From the NCBI GenBank assembly GCA_000091205.1, contig AP006488.2: a stretch of 64,000 bases of DNA. One strand, written 5' to 3'. Origin of the DNA: Cyanidioschyzon merolae. Lineage: Eukaryota. Under the pieces are notes generated by a model. That model saw nothing but the letters and a program-made list of their open reading frames with translations. It was not told where the DNA came from and did not search any database. Of the stretch, positions 23,468 to 33,609 are shown in pieces. A program made the position numbers and the translations under genes. The stretch's first letter is position 1. Each line of letters opens with the position of its first letter.

Positions 23468-26350
23468 TTAACTCTTAAGCACCGTACCAGTCTCGTCAAT
23501 AACGATGACTCCACGAAAATCCTCTTCCATGAGCAGGACCAGTAGCGAAGTCCAGCCCGTAAACGCATGCCCGCCGCCACCCTTGCCCGTCTCTGGGTCG
23601 TAATGCTCCCAGAAAAAGCCTGTGCGCTGGTGTTCCCGCAAAATCGTTTGTATCATCGCATTGCGCGTACGTTCGTAGAGCTGTTGCGCAAGCTTCTGGT
23701 ACGGACCTGGCATGCGCGCATACTTCTCCCTAAGCGCTGCGAGTATCAGATAGTTCATCGGGACCCAGATAGGACCTGTCCAGTACCGATCACCTCGCAT
23801 ATAGAAAGGGTCCGCGGCACTCAGCGAGCGCAACCCAAAGTCGCTGTACATTTGTCGCGGATCCGCGACAGCCTTCAAGAGTGCCCCTGTCGATGTTGCA
23901 TTGACCGGCAACAGGCCCAAGGAAAGTGGCAGAAGCGTTGGATATCCTAGATGGCAGTGGTGACGCCAAGTGTCCACGATACTCGTGGAGGAGTTGCCGC
24001 GAGGTCCAGCGTCACAAAACATGCCAGCGTCAGCATTCCAGTGCACCTCGTAGAGGCGCTGTTGCAGGACGGCCTCAAGGGCACCGAGTTCAGGAGGCGA
24101 CACGGCAGAGGCCTCAGCAAGATCGCCTGCGGTACGTCGCCAAACCAGGAGTCTGCGAACACCGTCCAGTATCCACGACAAGAGATCCACATGGGCGTCG
24201 TATGGGCTTGGATCTGTCGATCGCGGAAAGTCGTCAAAGCCGGACGCAAGCGTCAACGGATAACCTCCGTCTTGAGCAAGCAAGGTCGTCAAGTGGCGTC
24301 CAAACCAGCCGTGATTCTTTTGCGTCGCATTCAGCCAACGTATGTATTGTTTCATCTTGCGGAATCCCAAATGCGAGACGAGTCGCGCGGTGTTCGTCGT
24401 CTGTGCTACCGCCTTGCAGTCGCCCACAGACTGATTCAGCACCATCGCCGCATAGTCCGACAAGGAGCCATCACCACCCTGGGAACACAAGCTAGAAAAG
24501 GTTTCCAGTTCCAAGACGGGGAAAGTGTCCTGCAGCAACTGCCAGTGCCGATACAACGGCAGCATTAGCGTCGGTGGATTCGCAACCTTCTCCGATTGAA
24601 CAAGCAGCGATGCCAGTTCGCGCGGGAAACGATTGCGGGCCTCAATACCTAGGGCCAGCTCGCGCGGTATCCATCCAGAAGGCTGCATGAAGCCCAGCCA
24701 GGAATCGAGACAGATGAGCGAGAGTTCCGGGTCCCAGCGCTGGATCAGTAGCTGATGAAAGCCCTCGTCCCAGAGAAAGCCGCGCGGGAACTTGTTCTCC
24801 GACGGCACCGCACTGACTAGTGCCCTAGGCGGCGAGACTCGGAGTTGATCTGATCCTCGGTCCTGCGTATTCTCTCCAGCAATGAAACTCCCATAGAAAT
24901 AGGAGACACCGCCGAGTAGACCGGCAAGCGCCGCCCTCGCTTGAGCAATCTGAGCGCTGCCAAAGTCACCACGGTGCATCCGGGGAAACAACTGCTGAAA
25001 TCTTTCGCGAAAGCGACTGTCCGCCTGTTCAAGCAACACGGACAGCGCCGATGCATCCATTCGTGCACTCGACGTGATCATGATATCAAAAGGCGTCTGC
25101 ACTGTAATCTGAACGACAAGAAGGTTGCTGGGGAGTCCGTCATCTATCCCGCTGTGGTGCTGGGCATCGGGTTCCAGCTCTGCGTCAGCGTTCACTTCTC
25201 GACGCGCCCGTGCATCAACATCCTCGATACGCGTAATGATCGGGAAGGGCGCTGCAGTGGGCGTCTCCCTTGCATGGGCAGCGTCCTTGAAAACATCGGC
25301 GCCCCTGAAAGCCGTATCTGGAAGCTGCTCGTGCTTTTCGTAGAACTCGCGCAGCCGTGTCCGCTGGTGGTCGTAGCTCTCGCGTAACCACGACTCTACC
25401 ATGGACTTCACCTCAGTTGTCGCGCCAACATTCACTCGGCCTTTTCGGTAGTAGATCCTGCCAGGGTCCGGTAATTCTCGGAGGATCTCGGCGCTCACGG
25501 GGCGACTAGCGCTTGCCCGTTGACGTCGGCGGCGGTGTCGTCGCTGCCTCCACTGGGAACGCTCTGGAAGGCCCTGTACGGCCACAATGCGCCATCGATG
25601 GTCGTGGTCGGGTCCACACTCCAGGTGGACTTCATTACTGGACGCTACGGTGATCGATGGCGATGAACAGTGCTGCAGGGTCGGCGGCTCCATGCCCCTA
25701 GCCGCGGACTCCTGCAAGCGCTCTGGGTCGATCTCATCATGTTGCGCTGTCCAGTAGACGATGAAGGAAACGGTACGACGCTCTTGACCAGTTCCTTGGA
25801 TACGAACAGAGAATTCTGGAGAACGCAGTGGCTGTTGTTCAGAGCTGAGCTGCGCGTCTGGCTGGAGCAAGTTCAGGTTCTCCGTGTGCGCCACGTGGGT
25901 GATGTTCAAGTGCCAGCCTCGCTCTTCGATGTGGCGTACGCCATAGTTGCGGCCGTTATGCTGCAGCCAACCGTAGCGAAGTGGCCCAGCTGCGTCGAGC
26001 TCTGTCCCGCACTCTAGTCGGAGTCGAACGGACTCGAACGGCTCATCAGCGGGGTACCACATAATCCCCAGGACGGGGCTATGCGGCACTGGCCGACGGT
26101 AGCCCGCAAACACGCCCGGCACCAAAGAGCTCATTGTGTGCGGATCGAGAGTAGGTTTCGTTTGCACGGGTTCGCGCTCACTAGACGTGCGCAAACTGGT
26201 CCCATTGCGGTGTGCAGTCGCACGTGCAACAGCAGTCTCGATCTGTTGGAAAGCTCCGAACACCAGGACAAGGGCCAGCGCTACCAGGTAAGCAGCATAG
26301 CGTCGGGCGCAACACCGACTCTGCCTCCTTGACAGTAACCGCTTACGCAT
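23468..26350 (-). CDS. MOGS: Mannosyl-oligosaccharide glucosidase (ER glucosidase I, GH63), type II membrane topology
   Basis: About 960 aa. N-terminal signal-anchor YAAYLVALALVLVFGAF after the first ATG. GH63 motifs GFLWDEGFHQLLIQRWD and the C-terminal catalytic block FFWEHYDPETGKGGGGHAFTGWTSLLVLLMEE. Confidence 0.88.
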   Translation of the reverse strand: MRKRLLSRRQSRCCARRYAAYLVALALVLVFGAFQQIETAVARATAHRNGTSLRTSSEREPVQTKPTLDPHTMSSLVPGVFAGYRRPVPHSPVLGIMWYPADEPFESVRLRLECGTELDAAGPLRYGWLQHNGRNYGVRHIEERGWHLNITHVAHTENLNLLQPDAQLSSEQQPLRSPEFSVRIQGTGQERRTVSFIVYWTAQHDEIDPERLQESAARGMEPPTLQHCSSPSITVASSNEVHLECGPDHDHRWRIVAVQGLPERSQWRQRRHRRRRQRASASRPVSAEILRELPDPGRIYYRKGRVNVGATTEVKSMVESWLRESYDHQRTRLREFYEKHEQLPDTAFRGADVFKDAAHARETPTAAPFPIITRIEDVDARARREVNADAELEPDAQHHSGIDDGLPSNLLVVQITVQTPFDIMITSSARMDASALSVLLEQADSRFRERFQQLFPRMHRGDFGSAQIAQARAALAGLLGGVSYFYGSFIAGENTQDRGSDQLRVSPPRALVSAVPSENKFPRGFLWDEGFHQLLIQRWDPELSLICLDSWLGFMQPSGWIPRELALGIEARNRFPRELASLLVQSEKVANPPTLMLPLYRHWQLLQDTFPVLELETFSSLCSQGGDGSLSDYAAMVLNQSVGDCKAVAQTTNTARLVSHLGFRKMKQYIRWLNATQKNHGWFGRHLTTLLAQDGGYPLTLASGFDDFPRSTDPSPYDAHVDLLSWILDGVRRLLVWRRTAGDLAEASAVSPPELGALEAVLQQRLYEVHWNADAGMFCDAGPRGNSSTSIVDTWRHHCHLGYPTLLPLSLGLLPVNATSTGALLKAVADPRQMYSDFGLRSLSAADPFYMRGDRYWTGPIWVPMNYLILAALREKYARMPGPYQKLAQQLYERTRNAMIQTILREHQRTGFFWEHYDPETGKGGGGHAFTGWTSLLVLLMEEDFRGVIVIDETGTVLKS

Positions 26351-26670
26351 GGGAGCAGCTTCTCGGCCCAGACGCTTGCGATCGGGACGAGTTGCTCTGA
26401 CTGGCCAGTACAGCAACGCAGCGGCAGCTCAGTGCAAAGTTGGCGGAACACGGCCGGAGCATACGGTTCGTACAAGCAGAATAAATATAGATCTTTTGGA
26501 ACCAAGTATCCCTCATGGATTTGGCATCGCTTTGCACTGCATCCAAATCCGAACGCAGCTGTCAGATTTTCCGATTCGATGGTAGAGGTTCTGGCGACTT
26601 GTGCTCGCAGCAAGGCGCTCGACGAGCAACGGTCAGAATCCAGTGTTTCCTGCGAGGCCTGCACACTTCC

Positions 26671-26702
26671 TGGTTGGTTGGTTGGTTGGTTGGTTGGTTG
26701 GT
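26671..26702. repeat. (TGGT)8 tetranucleotide microsatellite
   Basis: tggttggttggttggttggttggttggttggt read directly, about 320 bp from the MOGS start. Confidence 0.8.
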
Positions 26703-27544
26703 GTTGTTTGGAACAGCCTCTTGCTCGACGGTGTGGGTGCTTAGGCCCTGGCAAGCCGCTTACCTTGACCGCGCGCATCGCTGAGAGGCGTCGCCCGGTC
26801 GCACGGGCACTTGAGCAAAATCTTTGAAGATATGAATCGATGATTCGACGAGATAATGACATGTCGACTGGTCTGATGGAGAGAGTTCCCCTACAGGCGG
26901 CTACTTACTGTGCCTGGAGGATTCGTCACGATGTTCATAGGCACTGGAGTGACGCTGCCACACACTGGTGCATAGCGAGGGGCGTGAAACGCCTCAGCGT
27001 GCGTGATAGGCACGGCGCATGGCCAGCATGCTTTCAGAAATGCTGCGCGAGCACTGTCGCTGCGAGCGAGAACTCTACTTGCCTTCACGCCTAGACTCGC
27101 CGTAGGCTGCGTCTTGGCGTGCTGTGTGTTTCACCTGGTCCAGGATATCGACGAACGCATGCGTGTTTATGCTGCCTATGCGCAATGATACCGGGACGCT
27201 TCCACAGAAGCACAACAGACTGCAGTTCGATGGTGGCTTTTCTATCTGCATGCACCAGCGCTGCGCAAAGCGGCGAACCTTTGTAGCTTCTAGAAAACAC
27301 GGCATGAGCGGGTGTGCGTTTACTGTGCTGCTCCATCAGCGGTTTCGAGCGTCTGCGCCAGCGACGGTCCGTTCGCTTTCCCAAGTTCTGGCGATCCAAC
27401 TGCCTCGCATGGGCCTTTCTGTCAAGTTTGGGCTCTTCCGCATTGCCTTTTCGCAATGGAAGCCGAACCTTGACGTGCCCGATATCTGTGCAACCGCAGT
27501 GCCGCTTTAGCACTGCGGTTGCACAGGCTCCCCCACGATGCCGT

Positions 27545-28540
27545 TCAGCATACAGCACCGCTGCGTTTCTTGTGCCGTTGGTGGCGGTCCACAGGCGAGC
27601 GACGCGGTTCCGCATCCTTGGTGCCCTCTTTCGCATGAATGGTTCCCCAATTTTGCATATGAATGAGGTGGCGGGCTCCCGGTAAATCGTGCGTTCGCCG
27701 CAGCTCTTCCGCGTGTTCCTGTAGCGACTTGTTGCCGTGCAGCATCTTACCGAGGGCGGTGGCGGTATGCTCGCTTTCCGGTTTCTTTGTCGACGCCGTA
27801 TCGTCCACAGCCAGGCCCTGTCCAAATAGGTTCAACAGTCCAGCCATGGCGACTAAATGATCATATGCGGCCCGAATATCCTGGACCAGCATATCTGCCC
27901 GATCGCGGGTAAAACCGACCCGCACCACCACCCGCAGCAGTTTCTGGTGCTGCAGGTTCGGTGCCAGCGTATACGCGGGAACGATCCATCCACGTTTGCG
28001 TAACTCTCCCGCTATGGCAAACTCATCAAAACCCAGTTTCGTGCGCTGGTCATCTGGGATCGCAAACGCAACCAAGGGCAGGCTTTCGTTGTCACTAAGC
28101 AGGCGGAAACGCCCATCCTCCGTGATACGTGTTGCAAAGTACGAAGCCAATTCTTTCAGGGTGTGCATTAGATTCTGGTATCCCCGACGGCCTAAGCGCA
28201 ACAGCAAATAGTATGACGCCACAATCTGAGCGGAACCGCGTGAAAAGTTCAAGGTGAATGAGGCTTGGTCCGCGCCCAGGTAATTGACGTGAAAGACGAG
28301 CTCCTCCGGCAGATACGCAGCGCTGCGAAAAATGAGCCATCCGATGCCACAGGGCGCGAGACCGTACTTGTGCCCCGAAACATTGATAGAACGCACGTTC
28401 TTCAAACGAAAGTCCCACCTGAGATTGGGGTAACAAAACGGGGCTATGAAGCCTCCTGATGCTGCGTCTACATGGATACCGATATCAAAACCCTTCTGCT
28501 CGTTCATCTGCGTCACGAGAGCGTCCAAAGTGGCAATGTC
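27545..28540 (-). CDS. GAD: Glutamate decarboxylase, exon 2 (PLP-dependent, group II decarboxylase)
   Basis: DIATLDALVTQMNEQKGFDIGIHVDAASGGFIAPF, the PLP-lysine motif SINVSGHKYGLAPCGIGWLIFR, and YLGADQASFTLNFSRG are collinear with plant and fungal GAD. Confidence 0.88.
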   Translation of the reverse strand, partial: DIATLDALVTQMNEQKGFDIGIHVDAASGGFIAPFCYPNLRWDFRLKNVRSINVSGHKYGLAPCGIGWLIFRSAAYLPEELVFHVNYLGADQASFTLNFSRGSAQIVASYYLLLRLGRRGYQNLMHTLKELASYFATRITEDGRFRLLSDNESLPLVAFAIPDDQRTKLGFDEFAIAGELRKRGWIVPAYTLAPNLQHQKLLRVVVRVGFTRDRADMLVQDIRAAYDHLVAMAGLLNLFGQGLAVDDTASTKKPESEHTATALGKMLHGNKSLQEHAEELRRTHDLPGARHLIHMQNWGTIHAKEGTKDAEPRRSPVDRHQRHKKRSGAVC

Positions 28541-28625
28541 CTAGACTCGAATCGATTGTTTCGCAATGGTTAGTTTCATGTTCGGTTATTTCTGAGGAAA
28601 AGCCCCAGAAGTTTCGTCAACTTGC
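28541..28625 (-). other. Spliceosomal intron (85 nt) with GC-AG boundaries in the GAD gene
   Basis: Minus-strand donor GAA|GCAAGT, the canonical GC-AG donor context. The acceptor is tctag|GAC. Splicing joins ...TYTGQFE to DIATLDALV..., restoring collinearity with GAD homologs (plant EFEDVKLLNDLL). There is an in-frame stop in the unspliced read-through. Confidence 0.7.
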
Positions 28626-29315
28626 TTCAAATTGTCCGGTGTAGGTGGTACCTAGAATGCCGCAAATTCCGATGGTGTTCTCATCACAAAGCTCTATAGC
28701 TTTTTCCGGATTCATGACGTATACATCGTCGTGCAATGGTACGTAGCGTGGTTCCACATCAAAGTAAGCAGTCGCTTTCTCCCAGCAGACCTGCACTTCT
28801 GAACCCATCACCATGTTCGGGCGTGCGTAGTCCTTGCCGGCTGCCTTGCGAGCTGCTCGCCAACGCCACTTCATCGCGAGCACCGCCAGCATGATCGCCT
28901 CAGAGGAGCCTACAGTGCTGGTGCCAACAGCCTGCTGACCCTCCTCGAGAGGAGCATGAAAAAGGTTCGCTATGATATTGACGCAGCGGTTGTGGATCTC
29001 CACGGTTTGCGGATACTCGTCAAAGTCGATCCAGTTCACCGGAAGCATGCGATCACAGAGCTTGTGCGTCGTTTCATCAAAGCGCGTCGTCACAAAGGAT
29101 GCCAGGTTTAGTGCAGGGTTACCGTCTAGCTCCAGCTCCTGCGTAATGATACCTTCGGCAACAGCCGACGGCATCGGCTCGGCTCGCAACTGGTACTTGG
29201 GGAACTCCTCGAGCGCGAAGCTTGCAAAGCCGGTCTCGAAAGCCAGCGAGCTTGTGTCGATATGCTGAAAACGCTTCGCACCGCCTTTTTCAACGTTCGT
29301 CTTGTGTAGAGGCAT
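28626..29315 (-). CDS. GAD: Glutamate decarboxylase, exon 1
   Basis: ATG start. GNPALNLASFVTT, EYPQTVEIHNRCVNIIANLFHAP, VGTSTVGSSEAIMLA, VQVCWEKATAYFDVE and VMNPEKAIELCDENTIGICGILGTTYTGQFE match the GAD N-terminal half. Confidence 0.88.
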
Positions 29316-30099
29316 CAGCTAGCGCTTGATCAGGTCGTAGGCGAGTCACGCGTTCACGAGAACGCACCGATGTGAGCGTTTGCTGCAGCGGCTGGCAACG
29401 CTGGCCGTTCACAGCCGCTCGTTCTGGCGGAGCATCGTGGCTCCAGGGACTCTGGTGAGCATCTGCAGCGGGCGGCGTCACTGCACAGCATCCAGAGGTG
29501 TCCGATTTTTGCATGACACGGATGCTGCCCTGTGTAGACGAATGCCTGCGAGGAATGGAGGCGGCAGTCTCATTCGGGCGTACACACGCAAGATGGGGTC
29601 TGTTTGCACTGTGCTTAACACTGGCTTCTGTGGGCTCTTTCTGCAACTGCCTGCTTTTCCTCTGGCTTGTTCCATTTTTTAAATACACGGGTCTCTAAAG
29701 TCGTCCCGGGTCCGTTGCCAGGATTCAAAGGATGCTCGTGGTTACGTGAAATACCTGATTTCGCTGCTCGCCATCGTTGGCGATACATTTCCCGGTCAAA
29801 AGGTAGCTGCAATATGTGATTCACTTGCCGCTTTCGTATTATTTTTTTAAAGTCTCGGTGCGGCCCTCGCAGCGTTGACATCTGGCACTGGTCAGCGCTT
29901 GCCATGTGTGAGCGACACTGCTCGCTCCGAGCGCTGCTCCGCGGCGCCTCAAGGCTTGCATCATATTTCGGTACATGCCTTTGGCAGGTATGGAAGTCTC
30001 TACTCGCTGGCATCCTCCGGGTCCGCGCCCGATGATGTACGCGATAATCAGGAGCTTGTTCTAGACGATCGTCACGTCGAGAATTCTGTTCGCTGCATG

Positions 30100-30650
30100 T
30101 GAAAGCGCACGCTGTCCGATTCGACACGGGATGGTGCGGAACACGATGTTGTCCAAGATGGATCGAATACCGGGAGCGAAATCGAGCCCGAAAGACAAGC
30201 TGGGAAATCTCGATTCGTCTACGCTGCCTTCGTGCCAAGCAGTGATGCACTCCTCAGCGGAAGCGATCATTGTGAGCATTCAAGCCCGAGTCCATGGCAC
30301 TGTTCAATGGGGAAAGAGGTCACAGGAGCCTCTGGGAGCCTATCGCTTCTGCGGCATCACGCTGCTGTGAAATGCCTTTTCGTCGAATGCCAAAAAGAGA
30401 GGAGAACTTGCTTTTCGAAGATAATAGATACTTTCGCGCGAGGTGTTCAGAGAACTTTGCGGATGAGCTCATGAAGCAGCCGTCCACGGACGACGTCGAT
30501 GAGCGTTCCTCATCCATCCAGCGACGCGCATTGCCGTGCCCCCGAATCGGTTTGAAACAGAACGATCGAAGACGTAAAACAAGCGTAATTTAGGCATGTT
30601 ACATGTAAGAAAACCAGCAGCATGGAGTCTTGTTCCTAGGAATTGTTTCA
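30100..30650 (+). repeat. Dispersed repeat family, copy F (partial, diverged)
   Basis: Blocks gaaagcgcacgctgtccg, gccttcgtgccaagc, gcggcatcacgctgctgtgaaatgcc and ctcatccatccagcgacgcgcattgccgtgcccccgaatcggtttgaaacagaacgatcgaag are homologous to copy A positions about 10-560. Confidence 0.5.
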
Positions 30651-30917
30651 TAATAACGCGTATATTGCGAGCCCCAACTCCATGGTTCCGCGAATCGTCT
30701 TTATTCCGGTGACGTTACGAATTCCAGCGGCACAACGCACAAGGACACAGGCAAAAAAAAACACGACCAACACCCCCTAAAACTACGAACGCATCCTTAA
30801 GCCAGCATTAATGATGTTGGGATCTCGAACCTGCACATCTACAAGAAAAAATATCGAGTTGCAGGAACAGCAATCTCTGAATCAACGTAGGCATCTGAGC
30901 ACTGCTCCATGAGCGCG

Positions 30918-31220
30918 ATGACGGTGATGCTGATAGTGATGCTAATGGTGATGGTGATAGTGGTGTTGATGCTTATGCTGATAGTGATAGTGAGTGTGAT
31001 GGTGATAGTGATAGTGATGGTGATGGTGATGCTGATAGTGATGCTTATGCTGATAGTGACAGTGATGGTGATAGTGAGTGTGATGGTGATAGTGATAGTG
31101 ATAGTGATGGTGATGGTGATGGTGATGGTGATAGTGATGCTAATGGTGATGGTGATGGTGATGCTGATAGTGATAGTGATGGTGATGGTGATGGTGATGG
31201 TGATGGTGATGGTGGTGATG
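30918..31220. repeat. Minisatellite of (GTGATG/GTGATA/GTGATGCT) hexamer-class units, about 300 bp
   Basis: Direct reading shows gatggtgatagtgatagtgatgctgat... It generates the artefactual ITITIT, MVMV and SPSPSP ORFs on both strands (30839..31237, 30909..31244, 31045..31308). Confidence 0.85.
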
Positions 31221-31458
31221 CGGCGCGCCCGGCGCACGCTCTAATCAACATCCGCACCTGTGGCGAATGCGCGTCGCTGCACGCAGGGGCACGCCTCGGG
31301 TCACGCATAAGACACGTGTCGACGATCGGTACTGGGCTTGTCCGCTGAACAATGCACGCTCCTTGCGTCCGGTCCAGGTTTGGCAGAGGAGTGCCTTGAA
31401 CCTATTGGCTGGCGACTGGAAAAGTTTCTCATCGTCGTCTACGCACGAACGGCACCAT

Positions 31459-33609
31459 ATGAGCTCAGAAGAGAGTGGTGAGAGCGTCACGCATAAGGAT
31501 GGCGCCGAAGAGGATCCCCAAGAGCTGGACGACCCTGGTACCGTTGAGGCCTGTCATTCAAGGACCACCAAGATCCAGTACCGAAAGACTTTGCTCGATT
31601 CTCGACGTCGCAGCACGAGTCGATCCGGAGCACTCTCAAGGGAGATTTCGCGAGAAAATGTTCTAGAGGAAGCGCTTCCGTCACCGTCCGTCGACGCTTA
31701 CCGCTATGAACCCGAGCGCTTACAGGGCTGGCACCTATTCCTTCGCACTCTGCAGGCCGTAGGGCTCATCTACGGTGACCTAGGAACGTCACCACTGTAC
31801 ACCATCTCCAGCCTCTATGACGGCAACGTCGCGCCAAGCGAGTTCACCATCCTAGCCGGCGCTAGCATGATCTTTTGGCTCCTGCTCCTCATTCCTTCTA
31901 TCAAATACGCCTTCCTCGTGGCGATGGCGGATCACAACGGCGAAGGCGGTGCGCTCGCCATGATTGGACTGATGCGCCAGCGACGACTCTCTGGCCGCTG
32001 GGCTCGCCTCGCTGTCATTATAGCTGTGATTGGTGCAGGTGCCCTGGTAGCAGATGGAATCCTGACGCCTGCAATCACGGTGGTCAGTGCCTTTCAGGGT
32101 ATTCAGGTTGGGTCGCCTTCATTTCCTACCGGCGCCGTTGTCGGCTTGAGTATCGGTGTGCTTTTTCTCGTCTTTCTGGGCCAGTTTCTGGGCTCATCGC
32201 GCCTGGGAATCACCTACGGCCCCGTTCTGGTGGTTTTCTTCGTCGCGCAAGCCATGCTTGGCATGTACGGGATCACAAAGTATCCCGCGATTTTCAAAGC
32301 GCTGAATCCGTACTATGCTTTGAAAGGCATCGGCGTATACTGGAATGATGGCAAGGTGGGCTTCCTCAAGATTGCGGACGCGCTGCTCTGTGTGACTGGT
32401 TCAGAAGCGATGTATGCAGACATGGGGCATTTTGGGCGCCTGCCCATGCGCCTGGGCTGGTTCACGATCGTGCTGCCGTCGGTTCTGCTGTCGTATTTGG
32501 GCCAACTGGCATTACTTGCGTCCAATCCATCACTAGCTGAGACAGCGGGAAACGCTTTGTACTTTTACCAGGCGCCGCGCAGTGTCCTGTGGCCCCTGAT
32601 TGTGCTCACGACGTTGGCAGCAATCGTGGCCTCGCAGGCGATCATCAGCGGTGCGTTTTCGATCGTGAGCCAGGCGATTTCCTTGGACCTGCTACCACGG
32701 ATGCATATCAAACGCACTGACTGGCGCATTTATGGCCAAGTCTTTATTCCGGAGATGGATCTGGTCATGGGGATTCTAACAGTGGCTGTGACTGCGGGGT
32801 TTCAGACGAGTAACGCGCTGACCTCAGCGTACGGTGTGGCTGTCACGACGAGCTTCATCACAACAACATGTTTGTTCGTCATTGTGCTCGTGTTCGTTTG
32901 GAAACAGCGCTTCTACGTTTGGCTCAGCTACTTGGCGGTGTTTGGTTTGGTCGACCTCCTGCTCTGGTCGAGTGCCATTACAAAGTTTCCCACCGGCGGC
33001 TATATTCCAGTCATCATCTCTACCGTTTTCATTTTGGCCATGCTTCTCTGGGACTGGGGCACGAAACGAGAACACGAATACTACGAGCGAAAATTACGTG
33101 TTTGGAAAGCACAACAGAGCGAAGGAATTAGACAAGATTCATCGCCGGTGCTCAAGGGTACTTTTGTCTTTCTGGCTGGCTTGCAGCACGGCGTACCGTA
33201 CTCTTTCCAGGTTTTCGTGAGCAAAATTGGTGTGATTCCCCAAACCACCATCTTCGTAACGGTGCGAAACGTTCCAGTGCCGTTCGTCGATGATCATCGG
33301 CGGTTTGTGATTGTGGAGGAGGCACCGGGCCGCTTCCGCGCCCGTATCTACGTCGGGTATGCCCAGTCGATCAGGAGTCTTATGGAGTCTCTACGCGAGG
33401 TACCCGCTGCTTTCTTTCACGAAAGCTTTGGGGAGAAAGTGGTGTTCGTGAAGGGTTACACGGATATTCTCGTGGACTCGCAGCGTCACTGGCTGCACCG
33501 TTTGTTGGTCTACTGCTACCACTACCTGAAGACTATAGCTGCCTCGGTGGACTCGGAACTCGGCATCCCACGAGACCGAGTGGAAATCGGCATGCCGATC
33601 CTTCTTTGA
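31459..33609 (+). CDS. Potassium uptake transporter, KUP/HAK/KT family
   Basis: About 716 aa from the first ATG. Hallmark GDLGTSPLYTISSLY, multiple TM segments, GEGGALAMIGL, VTGSEAMYADMGHF. The C-terminal cytosolic domain is typical of HAK/KUP. Confidence 0.88.
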   Translation: MSSEESGESVTHKDGAEEDPQELDDPGTVEACHSRTTKIQYRKTLLDSRRRSTSRSGALSREISRENVLEEALPSPSVDAYRYEPERLQGWHLFLRTLQAVGLIYGDLGTSPLYTISSLYDGNVAPSEFTILAGASMIFWLLLLIPSIKYAFLVAMADHNGEGGALAMIGLMRQRRLSGRWARLAVIIAVIGAGALVADGILTPAITVVSAFQGIQVGSPSFPTGAVVGLSIGVLFLVFLGQFLGSSRLGITYGPVLVVFFVAQAMLGMYGITKYPAIFKALNPYYALKGIGVYWNDGKVGFLKIADALLCVTGSEAMYADMGHFGRLPMRLGWFTIVLPSVLLSYLGQLALLASNPSLAETAGNALYFYQAPRSVLWPLIVLTTLAAIVASQAIISGAFSIVSQAISLDLLPRMHIKRTDWRIYGQVFIPEMDLVMGILTVAVTAGFQTSNALTSAYGVAVTTSFITTTCLFVIVLVFVWKQRFYVWLSYLAVFGLVDLLLWSSAITKFPTGGYIPVIISTVFILAMLLWDWGTKREHEYYERKLRVWKAQQSEGIRQDSSPVLKGTFVFLAGLQHGVPYSFQVFVSKIGVIPQTTIFVTVRNVPVPFVDDHRRFVIVEEAPGRFRARIYVGYAQSIRSLMESLREVPAAFFHESFGEKVVFVKGYTDILVDSQRHWLHRLLVYCYHYLKTIAASVDSELGIPRDRVEIGMPILL

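Noticed and set aside
30839-31308. ORFs encoding ITITIT, MVMVMV or SPSPSP polypeptides
   Set aside because: They are translations of the GTGATG/GTGATA minisatellite in different frames, not genes.
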